From positions 22,076 through 86,075 of the IMG/VR virus record IMGVR_UViG_3300026161_000447: a stretch of 64,000 nt of DNA. One strand, 5' to 3'. Shown here one piece after another: positions 17,513-25,701 of the stretch. The notes under the pieces were generated by a model that had not been told where the DNA came from, did not search any database, and saw nothing but the letters and a program-made list of their open reading frames with translations. Source of the stretch: a virus (Duplodnaviria > Caudoviricetes). The position numbers and the translations under genes were made by a program. Each line of letters begins with the position of its first letter. The first letter of the stretch is position 1.

Positions 17513-18205
17513 TCATCGAGTGGCGTCGGGCGCCTCCTGGCTCAGTTCGCGCGCCCTACCGACGAAGTAGCGGACCCAGCAATCCCTGCAATCGCCGTCG
17601 CCGCGGCCGCAGATGTCCCCGTCGGGCTCGCCGTAGCAGCCGTAGGACCGCTTCCCCTCCTCGGACAGTAGGTCTGCGTTGCGTGGGCAGGTGCTTGCCC
17701 ACCTGCCATCAACAAGGTCTGCGACGGCGATCCGCAGCGCCACCATGAACGTCGCCGCCTGCTCGCGGTGCCAGTCGCGGACCCCCTGTAGCATGGCCGA
17801 CGTCGCCGGCAGTGTTCTCGCCAGCAGTTCGTCGAACGCCGCCCAGCCGTCACCTTGCGCGTCGTTGGCCTGCATCAGCAGGGACTGCCGCCAGCAGTCC
17901 ACAGGGGTGCAGCCGCCCGCCGCGTGCTGCTCGCAGTCGTCGGCGTTGTCGTGTGGGCAGGGCTTGAGCCCAGCCAGGCCCTGGCAGGCCAGCTCCACGG
18001 CCCTTGCCAGCGTCTCGGCCGGCGGCGGCGTCTCCACGAGGCCCGCCACGTACTCAGGCGACTCAGAGACGAGCACGTAGTTCTTGCCGGAGTAGGTGAT
18101 GCACGTCCCCTCGCTGTTCGTGATGCCCGCGATACTCGTGGCCAGGTCCAGCCTTTCCCAAGTCGGTTCGCCGGTGGTCTTTACCGTCAGCTTCGCGAGT
18201 CGCAT
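17513..18205 (-). CDS. Hypothetical protein: FlbD/SwrD-like N-domain plus two Cys-rich modules
   Basis: TCITYSGKNYVLVSESPEYV; two CP..C..C..CW motifs; GGAGG SD. Confidence 0.7.
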   Translation of the reverse strand: MRLAKLTVKTTGEPTWERLDLATSIAGITNSEGTCITYSGKNYVLVSESPEYVAGLVETPPPAETLARAVELACQGLAGLKPCPHDNADDCEQHAAGGCTPVDCWRQSLLMQANDAQGDGWAAFDELLARTLPATSAMLQGVRDWHREQAATFMVALRIAVADLVDGRWASTCPRNADLLSEEGKRSYGCYGEPDGDICGRGDGDCRDCWVRYFVGRARELSQEAPDATR

Positions 18206-18235
18206 CGTTCGCCTCCGCGGGTAGGTGGTGGTGCT

Positions 18236-18286
18236 CGAAAAAGCCGGGCGGTGGGGCGCTGTTCCCTGTGGGAGACCACCGCCCGG
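18236..18286 (-). terminator. Intrinsic terminator early in the leftward operon (tL1-like)
   Basis: 11-bp stem CCGGGCGGTGG/CCACCGCCCGG followed on the minus strand by CTTTTT. Confidence 0.75.
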
Positions 18287-18493
18287 GCGCCCTTGGCAGC
18301 CCTGCTGATGCGTGGGGGGAGGGCAGGGTGCCGTTGGGCGACTTTGCCGGCCGCGGCCCTTGCCCGCGACCGGTGCGACAGGTTGTCAAGCCTCCGGCGG
18401 CGTGGACAGCCTGGCCAGTAGCTCATCCGCGCTGAGGGCGATGTTGATGGACCGGAGCTTCTGGAGCTATCAGTAAGTGGCTATCAGACACCG

Positions 18494-18787
18494 TCAGTTG
18501 CTCCCTGCAGGTTCACCAGCAGCACTGCCAGCGCATGGCGGCGCACATGCAGCAGCAATGATCTCCCCGTAGCGCTTCATGCTCTCCGCACTCGGGGCCC
18601 CGAGGAGGCGCTGCTTGACCTCCTCGCAGCTCTCCTCGGGGTCCACTCGCAGGCCTCCCTCCAGGAACACCCTGGCGCCTTGGATGCCGTCAGTGACCAT
18701 CACTACCTGCGCCACCGCGATCAGACATGGCCGGCCGTTGCTCGTCAGCTCCACAAACGGCTCGCTCCCGAATGGCCTCTGCATCAT
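18494..18787 (-). CDS. Small FlbD/SwrD-like domain protein
   Basis: FVELTSNGRP..IAVAQV..V...GARVFL.GG..V..EESCEEVKQRL. Confidence 0.6.
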   Translation of the reverse strand: MMQRPFGSEPFVELTSNGRPCLIAVAQVVMVTDGIQGARVFLEGGLRVDPEESCEEVKQRLLGAPSAESMKRYGEIIAAACAPPCAGSAAGEPAGSN

Positions 18788-19062
18788 GCCGCCTCCTTGT
18801 CGTCTGTCTCCGGCTCCTGCCCCTCGCCCTGCCCGTCCCGCGCCGCCTCCGCCTCCCCGCGTAGTCGCGTGAACTCATCAGTACGGTCTGCCAGCATCTC
18901 GTCGATCGTCTTCAGAAGCTTCTCGGCTATCCACGCAGGCATCTCACGCCGTCCGCTCTCATACGTGGAGAGTGCGCTGTTGTGCATGTCGGCGGCATCT
19001 GCAAGGTCGCTCTGCTTGATACCGGCCGCCTCGCGCAGTCGCCTGAGCAACTCTCCGTTCAT
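18784..19062 (-). CDS. Cro-like XRE HTH regulator
   Basis: LRRLREAAGIKQSDLADAADMHNSALSTYESG; divergent from the repressor. Confidence 0.9.
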   Translation of the reverse strand: MNGELLRRLREAAGIKQSDLADAADMHNSALSTYESGRREMPAWIAEKLLKTIDEMLADRTDEFTRLRGEAEAARDGQGEGQEPETDDKEAA

Positions 19063-19091
19063 TTAAGCAACCCTCCGTATCACTACCCGGC

Positions 19092-19120
19092 AGTATAGCA
19101 ACCTTAGGTTGCCATGTCAA
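19092..19120 (-). promoter_or_regulatory. Lytic early promoter (PL/PR-like)
   Basis: Minus strand TTGACA-17-TATACT. Confidence 0.9.
19098..19112. promoter_or_regulatory. Repressor operator
   Basis: Perfect palindrome GCAACCT-T-AGGTTGC filling the promoter spacer; half-site GCAACC also at 19067 between SD and start of cro. Confidence 0.8.
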
Positions 19121-19173
19121 CAACTTTTCTTCCCGCTTCTTTGCGGTCCATACTCTACCGCTTCGTCAATAGA

Positions 19174-19187
19174 TATAATGGGGTATG
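19174..19187 (+). promoter_or_regulatory. Repressor promoter -10 with a leaderless start
   Basis: TATAAT ends 5 nt before the ATG at 19185; no SD; weak -35. Confidence 0.65.
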
Positions 19188-19949
19188 CGAACGCTTGGGA
19201 GGCGCATTGCAGGGGCGAGAATCGAGGCCGGGCTTTCTCAGGCGGAGCTTGGATCTGCGGCTGGCGGAGTGAGCGCGGCTGCCGTCTACAAGTGGGAAGC
19301 CGACAAGGCTGAGCCTGATCTGTCCAAACTCCGTAGCATCGCCAACGCCACCGGAAAGCCACTGTCATACTTCACAGAAGATACGGACCCCGATCAGTCC
19401 GCCGTGTCCATCGCCGGCGTGCCCGTCAGTGGCCCCGCCGACAAGCTCGCGGCCATCGTCGCCGCCCTCGATGCCCAGAAGGCCCGCGAACCCGACCTCA
19501 GCAAAGACCCGGCGATCGTCAACAGGCTGCGACCCAACGACCGCCACAAGGGCGCTCTCGATCTGCTGGACATCGTGGACCGCGGGGAGTTCGAAGCCAG
19601 GTTCAAGTTCGCCCTCGAGCCCCCCGAGGAGATCGCGCTCCGCACCGTCGGCCGCTCCGGCAAGGCCATCGAGACCGTCGAAGAAGCGATGGGGCTGGTC
19701 TTGCGCTGGCGGGGGGAGCGCCTGGGGCAGGCCCCGGACCTCGCGGGCCTGGAGCCCGGTGTGCTACTCCTGCTCGAAGACGACGGCCTCATCGCCGCCC
19801 TGGACATCACCGACCACGAGCAGGATGCACTCCGCAGGGCGCGTTGCGGGGGCCTTGTAGCTACAGCGGACGCCGCCATTCTCCTCCTGCGCGCAATCCG
19901 AGCGGGGATACAGCGGGCACGGCAGGACCGTCAGGACACCGATGACTAG
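19185..19949 (+). CDS. CI-like XRE HTH repressor without an S24 peptidase domain
   Basis: RIAGARIEAGLSQAELG...VSAAAVYKWEADKAEP; C-terminal half has two ~35-aa repeats. Confidence 0.9.
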   Translation: MRTLGRRIAGARIEAGLSQAELGSAAGGVSAAAVYKWEADKAEPDLSKLRSIANATGKPLSYFTEDTDPDQSAVSIAGVPVSGPADKLAAIVAALDAQKAREPDLSKDPAIVNRLRPNDRHKGALDLLDIVDRGEFEARFKFALEPPEEIALRTVGRSGKAIETVEEAMGLVLRWRGERLGQAPDLAGLEPGVLLLLEDDGLIAALDITDHEQDALRRARCGGLVATADAAILLLRAIRAGIQRARQDRQDTDD

Positions 19950-20253
19950 CGGACGCACGACGGGGCCGATGCATTCCAACATTCCCACCTCCCGTGTTAA
20001 CGCCGCTATAGAATACCATGAGCAAATCCTGAGTTGTCTCGCGCAACAGACTCTTTACGTCATGCGAAAACCCCAGGGGATCACAACCGCAGCGATCCGC
20101 AAGCGCCTGGGCACCGACCTCTCGCCCGAGGAAGTCGTCTGGCTGCGCACCTACGACGGCGCCCCCTGCGACACACTGGACAAAGCCGTCAGCCTCGTCC
20201 TCCTCTGGCGCGAGTGGCAGCAGATGGACAAGCAACGCCCAAGAAGGAAGTGA
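19942..20253 (+). CDS. Small protein carrying one copy of the repressor C-terminal module
   Basis: LSPEEVVWLRTYDGAPCDTLDKAVSLVLLWRE resembles the CI repeats. Confidence 0.65.
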   Translation: MTSGRTTGPMHSNIPTSRVNAAIEYHEQILSCLAQQTLYVMRKPQGITTAAIRKRLGTDLSPEEVVWLRTYDGAPCDTLDKAVSLVLLWREWQQMDKQRPRRK

Positions 20254-20254
20254 T

Positions 20255-20596
20255 ATGGTGAGCTCAGACCACCTGTCGTTCATGTTCACCAGAGCCGAAG
20301 AGACGCCATTGCTGCCTGCCAACGGGGCCTGGGGCGGCATCACACCAGATGGTATGGTCAGTGCCTGGTTCTTCATGGATTTCCCCGGGCTTCCCCTCGA
20401 ACTTCGGGCTCCTGTAGCGGAGAGCGACGGTGCTCTGGTGCATCTGGCGTCGGCTCCGGAGAGCGACGAGCCCCCGCATATCGAGCGGCGTGTGATGTGC
20501 GCGCTCGTCATGTCGCCAGAGAAGGCGAGGGAGATCGGCGCATGGCTCATTCAGCAGGCGGAGGAGTCGGACGCTCGTCGGGAACAGCGGGAGTAG
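20255..20596 (+). CDS. DUF3467-like hypothetical protein
   Basis: ANGAWGGITPDG...WFF...RRVMCALVMSPEKAREIGAWL. Confidence 0.65.
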   Translation: MVSSDHLSFMFTRAEETPLLPANGAWGGITPDGMVSAWFFMDFPGLPLELRAPVAESDGALVHLASAPESDEPPHIERRVMCALVMSPEKAREIGAWLIQQAEESDARREQRE

Positions 20597-20613
20597 CCCA
20601 GCTATCCGTGGCA

Positions 20614-20642
20614 TTGCGACGCCAGCCCACCGATGCTACAAT
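20614..20642 (+). promoter_or_regulatory. Sigma70-type promoter
   Basis: TTGCGA-17-TACAAT with extended TG. Confidence 0.7.
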
Positions 20643-20706
20643 CCCCCTCAAGCGCAGCGCCTCCATGAGCCGGAGGCAATCACTGCCGACGAGGGGCGCC
20701 TTCAGC

Positions 20707-20925
20707 ATGCCAACCACGTTCGTCGACTACCTCGACATACCCGTCGTCGACCTGCGCAGCGACCTTCCAATCGCGCAGCTACTCGATGAAGTCACCACGT
20801 ATGTCTGCGCACACCCCGGTGCTGCGCCCTCCGAGATCGCCTTCGCGCTGGATATCTCCTTCGACGATGCGGACCGCGCCGTGGCGGAGCTCGCGGACAG
20901 GGGGGTGCTGCGCCCTGGACTATGA
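20707..20925 (+). CDS. Small winged-helix DNA-binding protein
   Basis: VTTYVCAHPGAAPSEIAFALDISFDDADRAVAELADRGVL; GAGGGG SD. Confidence 0.7.
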   Translation: MPTTFVDYLDIPVVDLRSDLPIAQLLDEVTTYVCAHPGAAPSEIAFALDISFDDADRAVAELADRGVLRPGL

Positions 20926-21072
20926 ACACCTGCGCGACCGGGCAACATTCAAACGCGCCCCCCCGCAGACGAAGGCGAAGCCCCAGTCCGCACAGCAGAC
21001 GCTCCTGGACGGTGACGACGAGACCCCCGACGGCTAGCCCAATCAGCCTCCACAACAGAGTAGAGCAAAGAC

Positions 21073-21107
21073 AGAGCACCGGCTAACCACCGGTGCTCTC
21101 TTCGTTT
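21073..21107 (+). terminator. Intrinsic terminator closing the repressor cargo region
   Basis: 10-bp stem AGAGCACCGG/CCGGTGCTCT followed by CTTCGTTT. Confidence 0.7.
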
Positions 21108-21135
21108 GGCGTCCACAGGTGCCAGAAATTAGTGC

Positions 21136-21165
21136 TTGACATTATTATATGAAATGGTTTATACT
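21136..21165 (+). promoter_or_regulatory. Strong sigma70-type promoter of the small-gene/integrase operon
   Basis: TTGACA-18-TATACT within the most AT-rich patch of the window. Confidence 0.85.
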
Positions 21166-21350
21166 ATAGGTAATGAAGCAGAGAGTACATTGACAAGCAC
21201 GCAGCGCCCTCAACTCCCCCGCGACGGGGCGCGCGGAATAGACGAGGAGGCGCGGCGGGCGAACCCGGCCGCATAAGACCTCGGACACACAACGGTATCT
21301 TCAACGTGGGGGCGTCCCCGGGCGCCCCCCACCCCCGAGGAGGGATCACC

Positions 21351-21575
21351 ATGCAGGGCGATGCATCTGCCGTCTACGAGGCTCCGGTGGGGCGGACGAT
21401 GATGGGGCGTGTGGTCCAGTCCGCCCACGGGTACGAAGCACAGCTCGTCTGCCACGACCAGGTGGTAGAGCGGTGCCGGAACAACGTCAGGGAACGCAGA
21501 GCATTGACGCTTGACGAGGCCATGGCCCAGGTTGGTGCGTGGCATGAGCACGAGGTGCGATGCGGCCATGGATAG
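21351..21575 (+). CDS. Hypothetical protein
   Basis: GAGGAGG SD; 74 aa. Confidence 0.65.
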   Translation: MQGDASAVYEAPVGRTMMGRVVQSAHGYEAQLVCHDQVVERCRNNVRERRALTLDEAMAQVGAWHEHEVRCGHG

Positions 21576-21762
21576 CACAGCGAGGAGAGTCGAGCGCATC
21601 GCCATGGTGAGGGCCATGCGCGCAGACTACTGCCCGCGGTGCAGGCACAAGGCGTGCGCGCACTTCCGGGCGACCGTCAAGCGGTCTCTGCGCAGAGCTC
21701 TCGCAGGTGGCGATCACACCCGGGGCCCGGTGATTGGCCGGGCCCCATCCAACGAGGGGTGA
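21568..21762 (+). CDS. Small basic protein with CxxC..C..H
   Basis: YCPRCRHKACAHF; GAGGTG SD. Confidence 0.6.
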   Translation: MDSTARRVERIAMVRAMRADYCPRCRHKACAHFRATVKRSLRRALAGGDHTRGPVIGRAPSNEG

Positions 21763-21767
21763 GGCCG

Positions 21768-21965
21768 ATGGAGGCGGCGTTGCAGGCAATCATCGACGAG
21801 GCAGTCTGGTGGCGCAACAAGGGCGGGGAGTTGGCGGCGGCTCGCGCCCTCGGGCTCTCCACGGGAGCCGTCGCAACCGCCCGTGCCCTCGGCCACCACG
21901 CACTCGCCTACGAAATGCAGAAGCGGTACGACGACACCACGGACCGACGGCAAACAAGGGAGTGA
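21768..21965 (+). CDS. Hypothetical protein
   Basis: MEAALQAIIDEAVWW...; SD present. Confidence 0.6.
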   Translation: MEAALQAIIDEAVWWRNKGGELAAARALGLSTGAVATARALGHHALAYEMQKRYDDTTDRRQTRE

Positions 21966-21970
21966 TTGAC

Positions 21971-22303
21971 GTGGCAGCCACGAAAGCGTGGGAGGTAGAG
22001 TTCGTGTGCCGTGAGGACGGCGATATCCTCGCCGTCGCCGATCCGCACCCCGAGGACCCGCACACCATCGCCGTGTCCGACGAGGCGGAGAAGGCGGTCT
22101 TCGACAGTGCGCAGACTGCCAGGGTGGTGGCGGGCATCGCCGGAACCGTCCCCTACGCTGGCGTCTTCGTCGCCGGCGACGACGAGGAGCCGGATGTCCG
22201 CGCACTACTCGCGCGGTCGGTTGACGTGCGGGGTTACGACGTTCAGCGTGCCACCCGCTACGACAGCGGCATCTTTGTGCCCAACGCATTCATCGACGCC
22301 TGA
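21971..22303 (+). CDS. Hypothetical acidic protein
   Basis: GTG start after GGGAG; could start at 21962. Confidence 0.65.
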   Translation: MAATKAWEVEFVCREDGDILAVADPHPEDPHTIAVSDEAEKAVFDSAQTARVVAGIAGTVPYAGVFVAGDDEEPDVRALLARSVDVRGYDVQRATRYDSGIFVPNAFIDA

Positions 22304-22328
22304 CCGACACCGACAGGAGTGAGTTCAG

Positions 22329-22751
22329 GTGACAGCACAGGAACTCATAGATCGAGAGCGCGGCGCCGGAAAGCGCATGGTCGCCAAGCGCCCGGGTCGC
22401 TGCGAGCACTGGCCGATGCTCATCAGCCCCAGGCGCGCCGAAGCTGACCAGGAGCCCTGGCCGGCAATCAGGGCCACTTGCCACGCGCCGTTCGCCGCCG
22501 GCGACCAGATCGTCTGGTGCGGCGTGTGGCGCCAGGCCTTCACCCCCGCCGGCTGGGAGCTGGAGTGCATCCAGCGCGCGTTTGAAATGGCGTCCCCGGA
22601 CACCGCGCCAGCCGACATGCTCGAGCCCGGCGCGGTCTTCGAGGGCGATGAGTGCATTACCCCCGAGCGGTCTGCCGAACTACGCGACGAGCTCCGCGCC
22701 ATGTACATTGAGACTTGGCGCGGTCAACAGGAGACAGGAAATGGGAACTGA
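22329..22751 (+). CDS. Hypothetical protein with AK.PGRC...C..PF..GD.I.W motif
   Basis: AGGAG SD; motif common in small phage proteins. Confidence 0.65.
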   Translation: MTAQELIDRERGAGKRMVAKRPGRCEHWPMLISPRRAEADQEPWPAIRATCHAPFAAGDQIVWCGVWRQAFTPAGWELECIQRAFEMASPDTAPADMLEPGAVFEGDECITPERSAELRDELRAMYIETWRGQQETGNGN

Positions 22752-23181
22752 CGCCGACGCCAAGACCGAGTTCCGCGCCGATGGCTCCACATGGACGTGT
22801 GAGCGCGAGGGAGGCCTGCTGGTGCGCATTGCCGGCACCTGCACCGACGAGAACATGGCGGACGTGCGCGACGAGATGCTCCGTCTCGTCGACGACGCGG
22901 TCGAGGTGCTGGAAGGGCGGTTCATAGGCATCGACCGCGACTGCTACGAGAAGCCCGCGCTGTTGTGGCAGCACATGCTGCACGCCTGGCGGATGAGTGA
23001 CTTCCCTGAGCCGCTCACCGTCCAGGACGTCGACGGCTACTCCAACCGCCTGGAGGACCGCGGCGTCGGCATGGTGGAGGGGGCGAAGACGCGCTGGGGG
23101 CGTGCCCACTGCATGTGGGTGGGCCTGTCCCCCGACCAGCAGGCTGCAATGGTGGCAGCATTCAACGCCATCAGAGACTGA
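22741..23181 (+). CDS. Hypothetical protein
   Basis: ATG 22741 with AGGA SD; 146 aa. Confidence 0.7.
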   Translation: MGTDADAKTEFRADGSTWTCEREGGLLVRIAGTCTDENMADVRDEMLRLVDDAVEVLEGRFIGIDRDCYEKPALLWQHMLHAWRMSDFPEPLTVQDVDGYSNRLEDRGVGMVEGAKTRWGRAHCMWVGLSPDQQAAMVAAFNAIRD

Positions 23182-23187
23182 CAGGCT

Positions 23188-23215
23188 CCCCGGTCCGCAT
23201 CACCGCGGACCGGGG
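23188..23215 (+). terminator. GC-rich intergenic hairpin
   Basis: 11-bp stem CCCCGGTCCGC/GCGGACCGGGG followed only by TT. Confidence 0.45.
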
Positions 23216-23268
23216 TTGCGAGACAGGGCACAGAACAGCCCCCACGGGGGCAATGGGAGGCGGCAGGC

Positions 23269-23598
23269 ATGCCGACGACAGTCAAGGTCACGCGCAGGAG
23301 CCGCAACGTCGGGTTTGGCTGGACCAACGCTGTGGAGCAGACGCCATCAGGCCTTGTCGTCGCGGACTTCGACGAGCCCGACACTGTCGGCACACCGCGC
23401 CAGTGCGTGGAGGAGTACCTCCACGCGGCGAAGCTCAACTCCGGCAACGACTGGCGCCCGGCGTGGTTCGTCGGAGGTCGCCGAGTGGTCGCCGCCAACG
23501 GCAGCGCCATTGGCATCAGCAGTGCATTCTGCGACCTCGTCGAGTTCCCGGACATGTGCGACGACATCGACGTGGAGCTGGAACACCCCGAAGTGTAG
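23269..23598 (+). CDS. Hypothetical protein
   Basis: GGGAGG SD; 109 aa. Confidence 0.7.
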   Translation: MPTTVKVTRRSRNVGFGWTNAVEQTPSGLVVADFDEPDTVGTPRQCVEEYLHAAKLNSGNDWRPAWFVGGRRVVAANGSAIGISSAFCDLVEFPDMCDDIDVELEHPEV

Positions 23599-23608
23599 GA
23601 GGAGAGCC

Positions 23609-23995
23609 ATGCCGCAGATTGCCAAGCTCTACTACGCCCCGGCCGTCCCCAACCACTGGGTGGCCGAGGACACCGACGGCGCCTTGTGGCTGCTGCCGGT
23701 GTCCCCGCTGTCGCCCCGCGCGTGGGAGGCCCGTAGGCCCTACCACGGGAACTACGAGCTCACACCCGTAGTCCCCCAGAGCATCAAGGACCACTACCAG
23801 CCGCAGTCGGCGCACAAGCTCCTGCGCGTGGGCGGGGCCGCCGCCCGCGCCGACTGCAGCGACGTCACGATACGCACCGCGGCCGACCGCGGGGACTTGC
23901 CGGTTGCGTCCTACATCGGCAAGCGCCGGGAACGCCGATTCCGGCCGGAAGACGTCGACGCCTGGATGGCTGGCAAGCGGGGTGACGACCAGTGA
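23609..23995 (+). CDS. Protein with C-terminal excisionase/MerR-type HTH (HTH_17-like)
   Basis: LLRVGGAAARADCSDVTIRTAADRGDLP...RRFRPEDVDAWM; AGGAGG SD. Confidence 0.75.
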   Translation: MPQIAKLYYAPAVPNHWVAEDTDGALWLLPVSPLSPRAWEARRPYHGNYELTPVVPQSIKDHYQPQSAHKLLRVGGAAARADCSDVTIRTAADRGDLPVASYIGKRRERRFRPEDVDAWMAGKRGDDQ

Positions 23996-24585
23996 GCATT
24001 GTCATCGAACGCTCGGGAAGCTACATCACTGTCGTAGCCCCCTTCCACCCCGCGTGGAAGGCCGCGGCCCGCGACCTCGGCGGCCGCTGGCTTGCCAAGC
24101 AGAGGGCCTGGGAGTTCGACATCCGCGACGAGCCCCGCGTTCGCGAGGTCCTCGTCGACATCTACGGGACCACCGGTGACGACGCGCCCGAGCTCGTGGA
24201 CGTGGAATATGAGCTGTCCACCAGCGAGGGCAGTCGGCAGACGCTCTACGCAGTTGGCCGCGAGCTTGCGCACCGCCCCGGACGCGATAACCCCGTGCGG
24301 CTCGGGAACAAGGTCGGCGTCCTCCGCGGAGGGTTCCCGGCAAACGGCGGAAGCCGTAATGGCCCCAAGCTCGAGCCGTTTGCGGGTACGGTGCTGATCG
24401 TCCGCGACGTCCCTCGCCGCCTGGCCGACGAGGTCGTGACCACCGGTCAGATCACGATCCTTGACGCAACGACCGCCGCCGGGCCGCGAAAGGCCCCGCC
24501 GGCGGTAGACCGCAAGGTCTTGGCCGCAGAGCGCGAGAGGCTCCTCCGCCGTCTGGCGGAGATCGAGAAGCTGTTGGGCGAGTAG
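23992..24585 (+). CDS. Conserved phage hypothetical protein
   Basis: ITVVAPFHP...ARDLGGRW...WEFDIRDE.RVREVL.DIYG motif seen in many phages. Confidence 0.75.
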   Translation: MSIVIERSGSYITVVAPFHPAWKAAARDLGGRWLAKQRAWEFDIRDEPRVREVLVDIYGTTGDDAPELVDVEYELSTSEGSRQTLYAVGRELAHRPGRDNPVRLGNKVGVLRGGFPANGGSRNGPKLEPFAGTVLIVRDVPRRLADEVVTTGQITILDATTAAGPRKAPPAVDRKVLAAERERLLRRLAEIEKLLGE

Positions 24586-24625
24586 ACAACAAGAGCCGCC
24601 CGGAGGCGGCATGGAGGGGCATACC

Positions 24626-24955
24626 ATGAAGGCCACAGAGTACAAAGAGCCGGAATGGCAGGAGCTGATCGCCGCGAAGACCGAGTTCGCTATCGACGCG
24701 CCGGGCGACTGGTGGCCGCACGCCTACTGCCTCTGGCGGATGTTCGCGACCGTCTACGCCGAGGCGGGGGCCGTCACGGTCGAGGCCGTGGACGCCTACT
24801 GCCTTAAGCACTACGGCCACGGTGATGGCCTGGAGGACCCCGTGGCACAGGGCGTCGAGGAGTGGGTGCAACGCGCGTTGGGACCCGACGGAACGGCCAG
24901 CGCAGGCCACCTGCGCGCCGCCTACGCTGAGTGGCTCGCACACAGGGGGCAATAG
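24626..24955 (+). CDS. Hypothetical protein
   Basis: GGAGGGG SD; 109 aa. Confidence 0.7.
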   Translation: MKATEYKEPEWQELIAAKTEFAIDAPGDWWPHAYCLWRMFATVYAEAGAVTVEAVDAYCLKHYGHGDGLEDPVAQGVEEWVQRALGPDGTASAGHLRAAYAEWLAHRGQ

Positions 24956-24957
24956 CT

Positions 24958-25701
24958 ATGGCCGACTCACTGCACCCTAGACTCGCCCTCTGGGTGCGCC
25001 ACGCGCTGGAGGCTCCAATGGCGCAGGCCACCGTGAACCTCTGGAACACCGACAACATGAGCCAGTGGTTCCACGAGCTGCAGGTACGGGGGTTCCGTGC
25101 CTATTGGGCTCAGAGTGGCGCATGGATTGCCAACCACTGCAGCATCGCCGACTTCGGGCAATGCCTCCGCGGACTGAATATCACTATCCCCCTCGGCTAT
25201 GCCCGGAGCACCAGCCCCGCTGACATCTGGCTGGCGTGGATTCACGAGGGGCTCTTCTTGATGGCCGAGACCAGCGAGGCCGTCCTCCGCGAGCTTATCG
25301 GCACTTGCCTGCGCTTCCCCGTCGTGGACGCAGGCGAACACGAGGTCATCGTCGACGAGGCGTTTGTCGACGAGGTCTGCGGCCACTTCCGCTTCAGCGA
25401 GAAGCCGCCCCTCACCGGCATCGAGATCGCGGAGGGGACCCGCGACGCCGACCCACGGTGGACGCGCTACAACGTGTTCATGACCTTCGGCGACGGCCGA
25501 TGCGAGCAGTCCACGCCCATTGCCATCAACCGCGCGGCGCGCATGGCCGTCAGCGGCCGCGTGCCCGTGGTCGTCGACGACACCACCCGCCATGACATCG
25601 ACGCCTGGCTCGAGGCACTACCGGAGGAGCACCGGGCCTGGTACCACCAGCCCCCGGCGTGGACGCGCACGCCACCGGCCGTCGACTGGGTGTGCCACTG
25701 A
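24958..25701 (+). CDS. Hypothetical protein translationally coupled to the integrase
   Basis: 247 aa; TGATG overlap with the integrase start. Confidence 0.7.
   Translation: MADSLHPRLALWVRHALEAPMAQATVNLWNTDNMSQWFHELQVRGFRAYWAQSGAWIANHCSIADFGQCLRGLNITIPLGYARSTSPADIWLAWIHEGLFLMAETSEAVLRELIGTCLRFPVVDAGEHEVIVDEAFVDEVCGHFRFSEKPPLTGIEIAEGTRDADPRWTRYNVFMTFGDGRCEQSTPIAINRAARMAVSGRVPVVVDDTTRHDIDAWLEALPEEHRAWYHQPPAWTRTPPAVDWVCH

Noticed and set aside
18384-18389. TTGACA on the minus strand (also the second TTGACA at 21190)
   Set aside because: No -10 element at 16-18 nt spacing
21298-21333. CTTCAA + GC hairpin resembling a solitary CRISPR repeat (Racr-like)
   Set aside because: Weak match and antisense to the orientation in which such repeats are transcribed; an ordinary leader hairpin is enough to explain it
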